Part shown: in pieces, positions 55,883 to 64,000 of the stretch | How the letters are laid out: every line of letters begins with the position of its first letter | Position numbering within the stretch: position 1 is the stretch's first letter | DNA from: an uncultured virus (IMG/VR IMGVR_UViG_3300037420_001897) | Taxonomy: Duplodnaviria; Heunggongvirae; Uroviricota; Caudoviricetes | Length of the DNA: 64,000 nucleotides | Reading direction: 5' to 3' (one strand) | Virus record (IMG/VR): IMGVR_UViG_3300037420_001897 | Position numbers and translations under genes: made by a program | Notes under the pieces: generated by a model | The model's input: only the letters and a program-made list of their open reading frames with translations | What the model was told of the DNA's origin: nothing | Databases searched by the model: none

Positions 55883-57477
55883 CAGGCGGCAGCGTCCTCG
55901 ATGTCTTGGGCGTCGTCCTCGTCCGGCGCCTCCTCGATGAGCGCCGCTTCCTCGGCGTCGGCGTCGAAGTCGGCCGACAGGATGTTGCGCCGCTGCAGCT
56001 CGCTCCAGTACGTGCGCCGCGACAGGTCGCCGTTCTTGCGCGCCTCGGTGAGCGTCGGCGGGCCCTTGTCGTCGCCGATCTCGAGGGCGAAATCGGTGAA
56101 GACCCGCACCTCGGGCTCGACCGCGACGTTCAGCCACTTCGCCGTGAGCTTCAGCGCCTGCTCCAGCGCGTCCTTGAGGTTCAGCGCCCACTGCTGGACG
56201 GCGGAGTTGCCTTTCTGCGCGGCGAAGGCGGTGGTGACGACGGTGAGGTTGCCGGTCTGGGCGGTGAGCGGCTGGCGGCCGAGCTCGCGCAGCTGCTTCT
56301 CGATCCGGTCCACCTCGGACGACAGGAACCTCAGGCTCTCCGCCGTCGGCTCGAGGAACGTCCACTCGCCGTGGCTGCCGTTGTCGGCGCCGGTCGGCGG
56401 GGCGTAGACCACGGCGCGCGGCCCGATCGGCACCGGAACCGGCACGCCGTTCTCGAGCGCCGGCTGCACCCCGTTGCCGGCGAGCATGGGGAAGGCGGTC
56501 AACTCCTTGATCGACTTCAGCCCCGCCTCGGCCTGGAAGTGCTCCACCTGGGTGTGCGCCGCGTCGCGCAGCACCGGCACGAAGCGCCACGACGAGCCCT
56601 GGCGCTTGCCCGTGATGAAGGGGACGAGGGCGATCTCGCCGATGGTGATGTCGCCTTCGTCGACCACGGCCCATTGCGTTCCGCTGGAGCGGCCCACCCT
56701 GCCGGTCTTCGCCTGGCGCTCGTAGACGGTGAAGGTGGCGGGCCGGTAGTCGATGACCCGGCCGAAGTCGTCGAGGATGGGCTCACGGTCCAGCACCCGG
56801 ATCCGCTCCATCGTCACTTCGGCGAAGCCGCTGCGGCGCGTGACGCACTCGCGCCACCGGGCGTGGGTGAAGATCTCCTTGCCGCGCACCTTCTCGGAAT
56901 AGACCGCGAGCATGTCGGTGGCGGCGATGTGGACCCAGTAGGGCCGCAGACCCTGCGCCCGCTCGTCGGCCTGGGTGAGCGGCGCGCCATCGGTCCGGGG
57001 CCGCGCCTTGGAGTACTCGACGAAGATCCAGTCGATGGCGTAGCCGGCCCCGGCGTAGAAGGTCTCGCCGGCGAACTTGTGCAGGTTGTTGCCGCGGCCG
57101 TCGATGTCGTCGACCAGGACCGAGAACTGGTCCGGGGCGCCGTCCTGGAGCTGGACCTCCTCGGCGAAGGGCTTGGCCGCCAGGTTGGCCAGGATGTCGC
57201 CGAAGATGTTCGTGAAGGGCGCGTTGGCGACACGATAGCGGTAGTCGGTCACCTCCTCCTCGGGGAAGCGCGGCAGGTAGGGGTTCTCGCCCACCGCGAC
57301 CCGCTTGGCGCTGGAGCTGGCGCTCGTCGTCGTGGCGGCGCGCCACGTCGGGGTCCAGCCCGCGGCGCGCATCGCCTCCGCGCCGCCCAGGAGGTTGTCG
57401 ACGAGGGTCCAGTAGGGCCGCATCGCCTCGTAGTCGGCGCTGGGGGTGTCCGGGCTGGCGGTCGCGGCCGTGGCCAT
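55882..57477 (-). CDS. Portal protein (DUF4055-like)
   Basis: Follows terL; LLGGAEAMRAAG...YLPRFPEE...DIDGRGNNL...RPYWVHI. Confidence 0.9.
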   Translation of the reverse strand: MATAATASPDTPSADYEAMRPYWTLVDNLLGGAEAMRAAGWTPTWRAATTTSASSSAKRVAVGENPYLPRFPEEEVTDYRYRVANAPFTNIFGDILANLAAKPFAEEVQLQDGAPDQFSVLVDDIDGRGNNLHKFAGETFYAGAGYAIDWIFVEYSKARPRTDGAPLTQADERAQGLRPYWVHIAATDMLAVYSEKVRGKEIFTHARWRECVTRRSGFAEVTMERIRVLDREPILDDFGRVIDYRPATFTVYERQAKTGRVGRSSGTQWAVVDEGDITIGEIALVPFITGKRQGSSWRFVPVLRDAAHTQVEHFQAEAGLKSIKELTAFPMLAGNGVQPALENGVPVPVPIGPRAVVYAPPTGADNGSHGEWTFLEPTAESLRFLSSEVDRIEKQLRELGRQPLTAQTGNLTVVTTAFAAQKGNSAVQQWALNLKDALEQALKLTAKWLNVAVEPEVRVFTDFALEIGDDKGPPTLTEARKNGDLSRRTYWSELQRRNILSADFDADAEEAALIEEAPDEDDAQDIEDAAA

Positions 57478-59063
57478 CAGCTCGTCCTCCCTACGTAGCG
57501 CCCGAAGAGGGCTGTGGCGGGCCCGGGACCCAGGGCGAGCTCGTTGAAGGCGTCGGCCACCGCATCGACCTGGTCGTCGTGGGCGGAGCCGGGGAACTCC
57601 TCGATCTCCTCGAGGAACGGCTCGATCCACGCATCCCTTGCCGCCTCGCCCGTGACCAGGATCCAGACGTTCCCGGCCTCGACTTGCGTCGCGAACGGGT
57701 CGGCCCGCTGCTCCTTGTCGCCGCTCACCGGCTTGGCGCGGACGCTGTAGCCGGACAGCAGCTTGATCTTGGCCTGAGCGTCGGTCTTGCCGGCGGCGGC
57801 CGGGTCCTGGGGGATGCGGACGCGGCAGTCGACCCCGTCCAGCGCGGTGGTCTGCAGCAGGTTCTTGGCCACGTTGCCCGGTCCCCACTGGCCGCGCACC
57901 ACGTTGACGATGACGTAGCGGCCGTCCGGCACCGCCGCGATTTTCACGCCGGCGGTGAAGTCGCCTGCGCCTTCGGTCGCGGCGAAGTCCCAGCCCCGGC
58001 AGAACCTGGCCCCCGCCGGCAGGGCGCGGATCGGCGCAAAGTCGGAGCGCTTGAACATGCCGCCGTCGCGCGGGGCGGGGCGCTGCTGGTACTGGCCCGC
58101 CCAGGCGTACGAGCCCTTGAGCTTCTTGAGCCGCGCCACCTCGGCGGCCGGGAATCGCTCTGGGAAGAGCAGCTCGCCGTCGGCCTGCCGCGGATCCTGG
58201 AACAGGATGGCCGGGTTGCCATCGTTGGCCGGCCGCAGCACCGTCACGCAGCGCCGCTTGGGCTCGAACTCCATCGGCAGGTTCAGGTGCACGAAGCCGA
58301 CGTCGAGGTCGATGATCTCGCCCGCCACGTCCTTGCGGTGCAGCCGCTGCATGATGACGATGGTGGCCGACTTGGTGATGTCGTTCAGGCGGTCGGTGGC
58401 GCCTTCGCGGTACTGCTTCACGGTCTCGGCGCGCTGGGTATCGCTCTCCGCCATCTTCACCGAGTGCGGGTCGTCGATCAGCACCCGGTCGCCGCGGCCG
58501 CCGGTTAGTGAGCCGAAGGGGCGGCAGTCGCGGTTGCCACCCTTGGTGTTCTCGAAGTTGTAGACGCCCCAGCGCTGGCCCGGTTTGACCTCGTCGCCCC
58601 ATAGGGCGCGGTACTTTTCGCTCTCCAGGAGCTTGCGGACCTTGTTCGAGTCCCGCGTCACGTTCTCCTCGGAGAACGAAGTGGCGAGGTAGCGCAGGTC
58701 GGGTCGGCCCTTCGGTCCCCACTCCCACGCCTGGAAGAAGACCGAGACCAGCAGCGACTTCATCGTGCCGGGCGGGACCGTGATCAGAAGGTTCTGGATC
58801 CAGCCGTTGTGGACCGCCTCCAGGTGGTCGCACATGGCGCGGATCGCCCAGCCGGTGACGAACGGCACCGCTGGCTCGAGGACGTACCAGAATTCCTCTA
58901 TGAAGCCGTGGAGCGTGGCGCACTTGGCGAGGATCGCCTCGCGCTCGGTCTCCAGCCGCTTCGCCTCGCGCCGGCGATGCTGCTCGCGCAGAAGCTCGAG
59001 GTAAGCCTCTGCCCGGTCGCGGGGCAGCTGCCGGCCATTGGCCAGGCGCACCATCGCATTCAC
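57477..59063 (-). CDS. terL: Terminase large subunit
   Basis: PPGTMKS, TGGRGD..LIDDP, IMQRLH, YQQRP, GWDFA, FPGSAHDDQVDA. Confidence 0.95.
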   Translation of the reverse strand: MNAMVRLANGRQLPRDRAEAYLELLREQHRRREAKRLETEREAILAKCATLHGFIEEFWYVLEPAVPFVTGWAIRAMCDHLEAVHNGWIQNLLITVPPGTMKSLLVSVFFQAWEWGPKGRPDLRYLATSFSEENVTRDSNKVRKLLESEKYRALWGDEVKPGQRWGVYNFENTKGGNRDCRPFGSLTGGRGDRVLIDDPHSVKMAESDTQRAETVKQYREGATDRLNDITKSATIVIMQRLHRKDVAGEIIDLDVGFVHLNLPMEFEPKRRCVTVLRPANDGNPAILFQDPRQADGELLFPERFPAAEVARLKKLKGSYAWAGQYQQRPAPRDGGMFKRSDFAPIRALPAGARFCRGWDFAATEGAGDFTAGVKIAAVPDGRYVIVNVVRGQWGPGNVAKNLLQTTALDGVDCRVRIPQDPAAAGKTDAQAKIKLLSGYSVRAKPVSGDKEQRADPFATQVEAGNVWILVTGEAARDAWIEPFLEEIEEFPGSAHDDQVDAVADAFNELALGPGPATALFGRYVGRTS

Positions 59064-59069
59064 GGGAGG

Positions 59070-59525
59070 TCAGTCTCCGCCCGGAGCCGCGCCCTCCAGC
59101 GCCGCGATCTCTGCCGCGATCTCCTCGTCGGTCATCTGCCGCGTCCGGCTCGTCAGATCGATGCGGGTCGGCGGGATGGTCTTCGGCGCCATGCGGCCGA
59201 TGGCGAACTTCACCGCCTCCAGGTAGCCCTTCGCCCCCGAAGCATCGACCGAGTTGTCGCCGACCATGATCCCCAGCGCTGCGGCCCGGTTCACGGTCAA
59301 CGAGTCCTCCTGAAGGTACTCTGCTCGACCTTCGCGCGCGCGCCCGTACTGTTCGCGGCGGCCCTCGTCCTCATGGAGCCAATCGCTCGTCGACGGCACG
59401 TGAAGGCCGAGCTCTGCGCAGGCGGAGCGGAGGCTCCGTCCTTCCCAGATCAGTTCGAGGATCGGTTCGAGATCGCCGTCCTTGGGCCGGCGCTTCCCCG
59501 CGCCTTCTCCACGGGGCTCGCTCAT
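59070..59525 (-). CDS. terS: Terminase small subunit
   Basis: ILELIWEGRSLRSAC...W...YGRARE (Sf6/DLP12-like HTH), directly upstream of terL. Confidence 0.85.
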   Translation of the reverse strand: MSEPRGEGAGKRRPKDGDLEPILELIWEGRSLRSACAELGLHVPSTSDWLHEDEGRREQYGRAREGRAEYLQEDSLTVNRAAALGIMVGDNSVDASGAKGYLEAVKFAIGRMAPKTIPPTRIDLTSRTRQMTDEEIAAEIAALEGAAPGGD

Positions 59526-59674
59526 GAGCCGAGGATGATAGCCGAGCAGGCGCCAACGCGGACGAACTGCAGCCCGAGGATGTTGAGCACCGCTATGGAG
59601 CCGGCGCGCGCGTAGCCAAGGAAGGCGGGCCAGCCGACGCGGACGCAGCCGGGGCGGCGTTCGAACAGGATCAT
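59522..59674 (-). CDS. Small hydrophobic protein (50 aa)
   Basis: RBS GAGAGG; ATGA overlap with terS; not in the ORF track (under 60 aa). Confidence 0.5.
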   Translation of the reverse strand: MILFERRPGCVRVGWPAFLGYARAGSIAVLNILGLQFVRVGACSAIILGS

Positions 59675-60266
59675 GGGGCCTCTCGAGGTTTCGGCGGTTC
59701 GCAGTTGGCGCCGGCCTTCCAGCCGACCGGGCGCTATCAGCCGCGCCTGGCGTCCTTCTGCCCTCTGCCCGGCGGATCATCCGGGCTGGTTTCCGAGGCG
59801 GCCCATTGTCCGGGTGATCGCCGAGGGACTGGGTTTCGCCCGCACACTTCCAGTCAGCTTCGGGGAATCGAACTGGCCAGCGCTGACGCGCCGCGGCCTG
59901 CCGTGCTTGCTGGGGAAGCGCTGGTGGTGGGGCGAACGGTGGGCGGTCACCAACCTATCCGGTGCGCGATCCACAGCAGGAGCAGATCGAACGCGAAACC
60001 GAGGATGGCGATCGCGAATTCATTCAGGAAGGTGCGTTTGCTCATGTCGCCGATTGTGGCGTCACGACACGCGGCGTCAGGGCTGTTTGGGTGGCCTTGG
60101 CCGCTTCGTTCGCCTCAGGCGCACGAATCGCATCTGCACGTTTGATGCGCAAAAACCGTCAGGTCGAAAAGGGGCTTTCCGCGCGCACGCGCGAGGGTGG
60201 CGGGTAATCCCTGAATTTTCTCAGCGTATATGGTGCTGTCAGCGCCAATCAACGCGAGATGTTGTG

Positions 60267-60509
60267 ATGACGGGTGACGAGCTTCGCAAGGCCCGGGTCA
60301 AGCTCGGCCAGCTATGGGGTCTCCCGCGACCCATCCACGCCTCCGAGTTGGGTCGGGCCCTGCAGCTAAGCCCGAGCGATCCGGGTGAAAGCATCCGCCA
60401 CTACGAGAAGCACCGCACCGGCGGCGTGCCGGGGCCGATCGCGGTTGCGGTGACGATGATGCTGGCCGGGGCGCTGCCTCCGGGCGGCGTGCCGGCGACG
60501 AAGGCTTAG
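60267..60509 (+). CDS. Small HTH DNA-binding protein
   Basis: MTGDELRKARVKLG...ASELGRAL...IRHYE...VPGPIAVAV. Confidence 0.75.
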   Translation: MTGDELRKARVKLGQLWGLPRPIHASELGRALQLSPSDPGESIRHYEKHRTGGVPGPIAVAVTMMLAGALPPGGVPATKA

Positions 60510-60659
60510 GTAAGATCATTCCTCTTTCGCCGTGTTGAAGATCGCGGCCGGCCAGGTCGTGGCGGTCACCTGAACCGGCGCTCCCGCTGCATCCGCATCA
60601 GGGTGTGACGCGGCGTCTCGCCTGGCTTCATCTCGTATGAGCAACCGACGGCCCCGCCC

Positions 60660-61304
60660 TTACACGGGCCGAAAGGCGACTTCAGCGCGGCCGGTCGCCA
60701 GGGATACGAACGGCGGCAGTGGCCGCGTCGGCGCCATCTCGGAACCAATGTGAGCGGCTATTTCCGCGCCATCCCTGACTTCGCGCGCGAGTTGGCGCAG
60801 GGCGTGAAGCGCTCCGGCGCTCAGCCCCAGCGGGTTGTAGACAAAAAGATGCCCGCGCGCCCAGATGCCCATCGGCAGCACGCCTCCGTACGATTCAAGC
60901 CGCCAAGCTTGATCGAAATCGCGCTCTCCTTTCTCGAGCGCTCGATGCGTGGACGCGTGATAGTGCGCCAGTCCGAGCCCGAGATCCCGATCATAGAATG
61001 CCATCGCCACCACGCTTTCGGCAGGCCCGGCCGCAAACCCAATCTCTCCGCCCCCGCCCCTCAGCAACAGACGCTTGCGCGCTATGCTGAAGGTGGGAGG
61101 GATCATCAGATCGCCGACGGGATCAATGATCGTGGTGGGTCCCAGCCAGCATCGGAGCCATCGCTTTGCGACGTCCCTGTAGTAGTCGGCGTAGGAGTGG
61201 TTCCTGCGCCCGGCCAGGTGCGGCCATCGACTGTCCGCGGCTCGCATAGCCACGGGACTTGGGAGGCCCAGCTCATATGCTCGCTTCCGATAATTACGCG
61301 CCAT
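60660..61304 (-). CDS. Hypothetical protein (lower-GC insert)
   Basis: 214 aa overlapping the upstream ORF's stop; atypical codon usage. Confidence 0.5.
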   Translation of the reverse strand: MARNYRKRAYELGLPSPVAMRAADSRWPHLAGRRNHSYADYYRDVAKRWLRCWLGPTTIIDPVGDLMIPPTFSIARKRLLLRGGGGEIGFAAGPAESVVAMAFYDRDLGLGLAHYHASTHRALEKGERDFDQAWRLESYGGVLPMGIWARGHLFVYNPLGLSAGALHALRQLAREVRDGAEIAAHIGSEMAPTRPLPPFVSLATGRAEVAFRPV

Positions 61305-61818
61305 CGGCCAGCAGGCCCAAGTCGCGAAGCATATCCGTCGACTGCTTCATGCTCTTGTGAACCTCGGCCGACAGGCCGGTCACCGCGTTGGCGCGCGCCG
61401 CGTCCAACTCTAGGAGAACCACCTTCTCCATGCACAGGAAGAGAAACTCTCGATGCTTAGCACCGTCTGTGATGATTGCTTGGCGAAGCTCCCCCTCCAG
61501 CCGAAGCGCCGCTTCCGATCTGGGCGGTAGCACGACTGGTGCCGCTGTCGCCCGAGATGCTTCTCCTGCATCAGCTTGCGGGCACTCGGCCACGCCCCCC
61601 TCAAACCACTGACCGCGCCAGTCCTCCGTCTCCTGGTAGGGATACCAATTCCCGTGTCCGATCTTGATTGGGGTTGGCCCCAGGCCAAGCTTTCGCCGTG
61701 CGTAGACTTCGTCGATGCTCCAACCAAAGTAGGTCGCCACACCCGACGTGCTCAAATACATTTGCCCTTCGATCCTGGCGATACTGCCATTTGGAACCTG
61801 ATCGATGGTTCTGCTCAT
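61294..61818 (-). CDS. AlpA/excisionase-like HTH protein (lower-GC insert)
   Basis: RBS GGAGG; YLSTSGVATYFGWSIDEVYARRKLGLGPTPIKIG...WY. Confidence 0.65.
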   Translation of the reverse strand: MSRTIDQVPNGSIARIEGQMYLSTSGVATYFGWSIDEVYARRKLGLGPTPIKIGHGNWYPYQETEDWRGQWFEGGVAECPQADAGEASRATAAPVVLPPRSEAALRLEGELRQAIITDGAKHREFLFLCMEKVVLLELDAARANAVTGLSAEVHKSMKQSTDMLRDLGLLADGA

Positions 61819-61882
61819 CGGTTGCCCTCCACACTTGTGGCGCGCCAACTCGCCTGCTTGAGGATGGCGAAACACTCCAGTG

Positions 61883-63106
61883 TCATGGTGGGTCTCCATT
61901 GAAGATGCTCGATGTTGCGCGGCCGCTGGGCGTTGCTCTCTTCCCGTCGCCCATGATCTTGACGACGGCGGCCGCCAGCCGATTCAGCGGATCAGCGGCG
62001 GCGCGGCGCTCTTCGATGGCTTCGGCGCGGCTCGCCGCGGCCCGGTTCAGCCCGTCGCACAGCGCCTTCTGGGTGGTCTCGGCATGGGCCGCCATGGCGC
62101 GCGCGCATTCCCGCAGGCGCATGTCCTCGCCGCAGACCAGGTCGAGCACCCTGCGCTGGCGCGGACTAAGTTCGCGGCGGAAGTCGGCGAGCTTCTCGCC
62201 CGCCTCCTGGACGCGTGGCTGCGGCGCCTTGGGCCCGGCGCAGCCGCCGCCCTCCCCCTCACCGCTGGCCGCGCCTTCGACGATCTCGTAGGCCATGCGG
62301 TAGTCGACCCCGATGGCGTGCAGCCGCTCGGCGTCTCGCCACGACGCCCCCAGGTACCCGGCGTCCTTGGCGTGCTCGATGCCGGTCAGCTTCCTGGCCC
62401 GCAGGCCGGAGCTGTAGGCCATGACGGGCCGGTCGACCCATTGGCCGCCCAGCTTCACCCGCTCCATGACGCGGGCTCCATAGGCGTCCCGCAGGAAGTC
62501 GGCGGTCTGGGCCTGGTAGGCCGTCACGTCATCGCCCCGCTCGGCGGCGAGCAGGATCGTCTCCTTGGCGTCGCCGTAGAGCTTGTCCTGGTCGGCCTCC
62601 TCCCGGCTGATCTTGGCCAGCTCGGCGGTCAGGTCGGTGATGCGCTGCTGCGCCACCTTCGCCGCCTTGCGCCGCTGCTTGTCCGACAGCCCCGGCGGAT
62701 CGGCCAACTCGGCGCGCGCCGCGGCCAACTTGGCCTGCACCTTGCCGATCCGCGCCACGAAGGCCGGATCGCGCAGCGGCGCAGAGATCTGGGACGCGCG
62801 GATCGACTGCTCCAGCAGGCGCCGGCGCTTGGCCTCGCTGCCCTCGGCCGCGGTGAAGGCGCGGCGCTCGATGGCGGCGCGGTGCTGGTCCTTCACGCCC
62901 ATGCGGCGCTCCAGCCGCTCGATCCACGCCGGGAGGATGGCGGGTTCGGGCTCGAGCGCGATCGCCGCGGCGAACTCGGGCCAGGCGGCGGCCGTGACGC
63001 GGCCCTGCGGCAGGACCAGGGGCGCGCCGCCCAGCAGGACCAGGCCGGGCGGCTTGGGCTGGCGTGGCTGGGCCTTGGCCCGGGGTTTTACGCGGGTCTC
63101 AGGCAC
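61883..63106 (-). CDS. Putative late regulator/antiterminator with C-terminal sigma70-region-4-like HTH (DUF6456-like)
   Basis: LSPRQRRVLDLVCGEDMRLRECARAM...KALCDGL; lies upstream of the late operon. Confidence 0.6.
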   Translation of the reverse strand: MPETRVKPRAKAQPRQPKPPGLVLLGGAPLVLPQGRVTAAAWPEFAAAIALEPEPAILPAWIERLERRMGVKDQHRAAIERRAFTAAEGSEAKRRRLLEQSIRASQISAPLRDPAFVARIGKVQAKLAAARAELADPPGLSDKQRRKAAKVAQQRITDLTAELAKISREEADQDKLYGDAKETILLAAERGDDVTAYQAQTADFLRDAYGARVMERVKLGGQWVDRPVMAYSSGLRARKLTGIEHAKDAGYLGASWRDAERLHAIGVDYRMAYEIVEGAASGEGEGGGCAGPKAPQPRVQEAGEKLADFRRELSPRQRRVLDLVCGEDMRLRECARAMAAHAETTQKALCDGLNRAAASRAEAIEERRAAADPLNRLAAAVVKIMGDGKRATPSGRATSSIFNGDPP

Positions 63107-63323
63107 CGGTCGTCTCCATGGGCTTGCGATAGGTGGTGGCGGCCTTCAGCAGCCGGTTGTAGGCGGCGCGGAACGCCTCGACCTTGGCGTCCCACTCGGC
63201 GCCGGCCATCGCGCCGTCGTGGTGGCGCATCGCCTCGTCGGCCTCGGCAAGCGCGACGACCAGCTGGCGGCACGCCGCGGCGTCGGCCTGGGCGAGACTG
63301 AGGGCGGATCTACGCTTGGACAC
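63099..63323 (-). CDS. Hypothetical protein
   Basis: RBS GGGGAG; overlaps the next gene's start. Confidence 0.55.
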   Translation of the reverse strand: MSKRRSALSLAQADAAACRQLVVALAEADEAMRHHDGAMAGAEWDAKVEAFRAAYNRLLKAATTYRKPMETTGA

Positions 63324-63347
63324 TGGGGCTCCCCCTGGACGTCTGGA

Positions 63348-63998
63348 TCATGCCGCCCTGGCCAGGAGGCGATTCTGAAGCTCGGCCTGAGTCAGCGGCA
63401 GTTCGGGCCCCACCTCGGCGAGGAAGCCGGCGGGGTCTTCGTCGGGCCAGAACCGGCGGAACATGGCGGCGACCTCCCCCTCGCCGGCCGGGCCGAAGTG
63501 GCAGCGCAGGTCTACACGGCCGGGCCGGATCAGGGCCGGGTCGAGCCGGTCGGGGTGGTTGGACGTGATGATCAGGATCCGGCCGTCACGCGCCGCGACC
63601 CCGTCAATGGCGTTGAGCAGCCCGGACGTCGTGATGCCGGTCTGGGTCTTGTCGGCCGTGTCGCTAGCCGCGCCGGGCGAGACGGAGCGGGCGAGTGGTG
63701 TCGACACCCGCTTCTGGCTGCGGTCCACGGCGTCGATGTCCTCGATCAGCACGACGCCGGAACCGGCCTGGTTGATCGCGGTCTGCAGCTCGTTGTCGTC
63801 GCTGACCGTGGCCGGGTTGACGATGTGGATCGGGCGGCGAAGCGCGCCGGCCAGGGCCAGGGCCATGGTCGACTTGCCCGTGCCTGGCGGCCCCTCGAAC
63901 AGGTAGCCGCGGCGGTGCGGAATGCCCCGCTCGACATACCAGGCCCGCCGCGCCACGAAGCGCTCAGCATCGGCGACGATGCGCTCGCGGAGGCCTGG
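63348..63998 (-). CDS. BCS1-like AAA+ ATPase, 5'-truncated by window edge
   Basis: IVADAERF...WY.ERGIPHRRGYLFEGPPGTGKS, LIEDID, TSGLLNAIDGV, TSNHPDRLDPALIRPGRVD; frame open to the window end. Confidence 0.88.
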   Translation of the reverse strand, partial: PGLRERIVADAERFVARRAWYVERGIPHRRGYLFEGPPGTGKSTMALALAGALRRPIHIVNPATVSDDNELQTAINQAGSGVVLIEDIDAVDRSQKRVSTPLARSVSPGAASDTADKTQTGITTSGLLNAIDGVAARDGRILIITSNHPDRLDPALIRPGRVDLRCHFGPAGEGEVAAMFRRFWPDEDPAGFLAEVGPELPLTQAELQNRLLARAA

Positions 63999-64000
63999 GG

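Larger units (their letters stand above)
1..64000. mobile_element. Temperate siphophage genome segment (non-integrated/attP form), probable Caulobacteraceae host
   Basis: Contiguous phage modules: recombination, int/attP, lysis, tail, head, terminase. No host housekeeping genes, and phage genes lie on both sides of the tRNA-derived att core. Confidence 0.93.

Noticed and set aside
59777..60207. ORFs 59777-59974 (-) and 59962-60207 (+)
   Set aside because: No RBS, motif or codon-usage support; more likely promoter or leader DNA.

Overview
The whole window is part of a high-GC temperate siphophage genome, apparently not integrated (attP intact). The host is most likely an alphaproteobacterium of the Caulobacteraceae; this is inferred from a SciP/DUF1153-like gene, a GcrA-like HTH, a Caulobacter-type XRE regulator and a GTTC-N7-GTTC LexA box. 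A + strand early arm (1-21757) holds many small coupled ORFs plus a RecE-like exonuclease, a Sak4-like ATPase, DUF5131, a HerA-like ATPase, two C5 DNA methyltransferases, xis and int. It ends at an attP carrying the 3' half of tRNA-Arg(CCT), flanked by 20-bp direct repeats. A long - strand late arm (about 59700 down to 23313) runs terS, terL, portal, scaffold, capsid, head-tail, tail (with a -1 frameshift chaperone), tape measure, tail tip and fibres, then lysis. The most striking element is a translationally coupled block of about 5-6 glycosyltransferase-like and 3 SAM-methyltransferase domains embedded in the head module, a candidate virion glycosylation and glycan-methylation system. Other notable points are three signal-peptide-bearing fibre/depolymerase proteins, host cell-cycle regulator mimics, a nested KGG gene, a binary (T/G)ACGCC x30 repeat and an SOS-boxed nuclease operon. 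All family assignments come from motif recognition by eye, not database searches.
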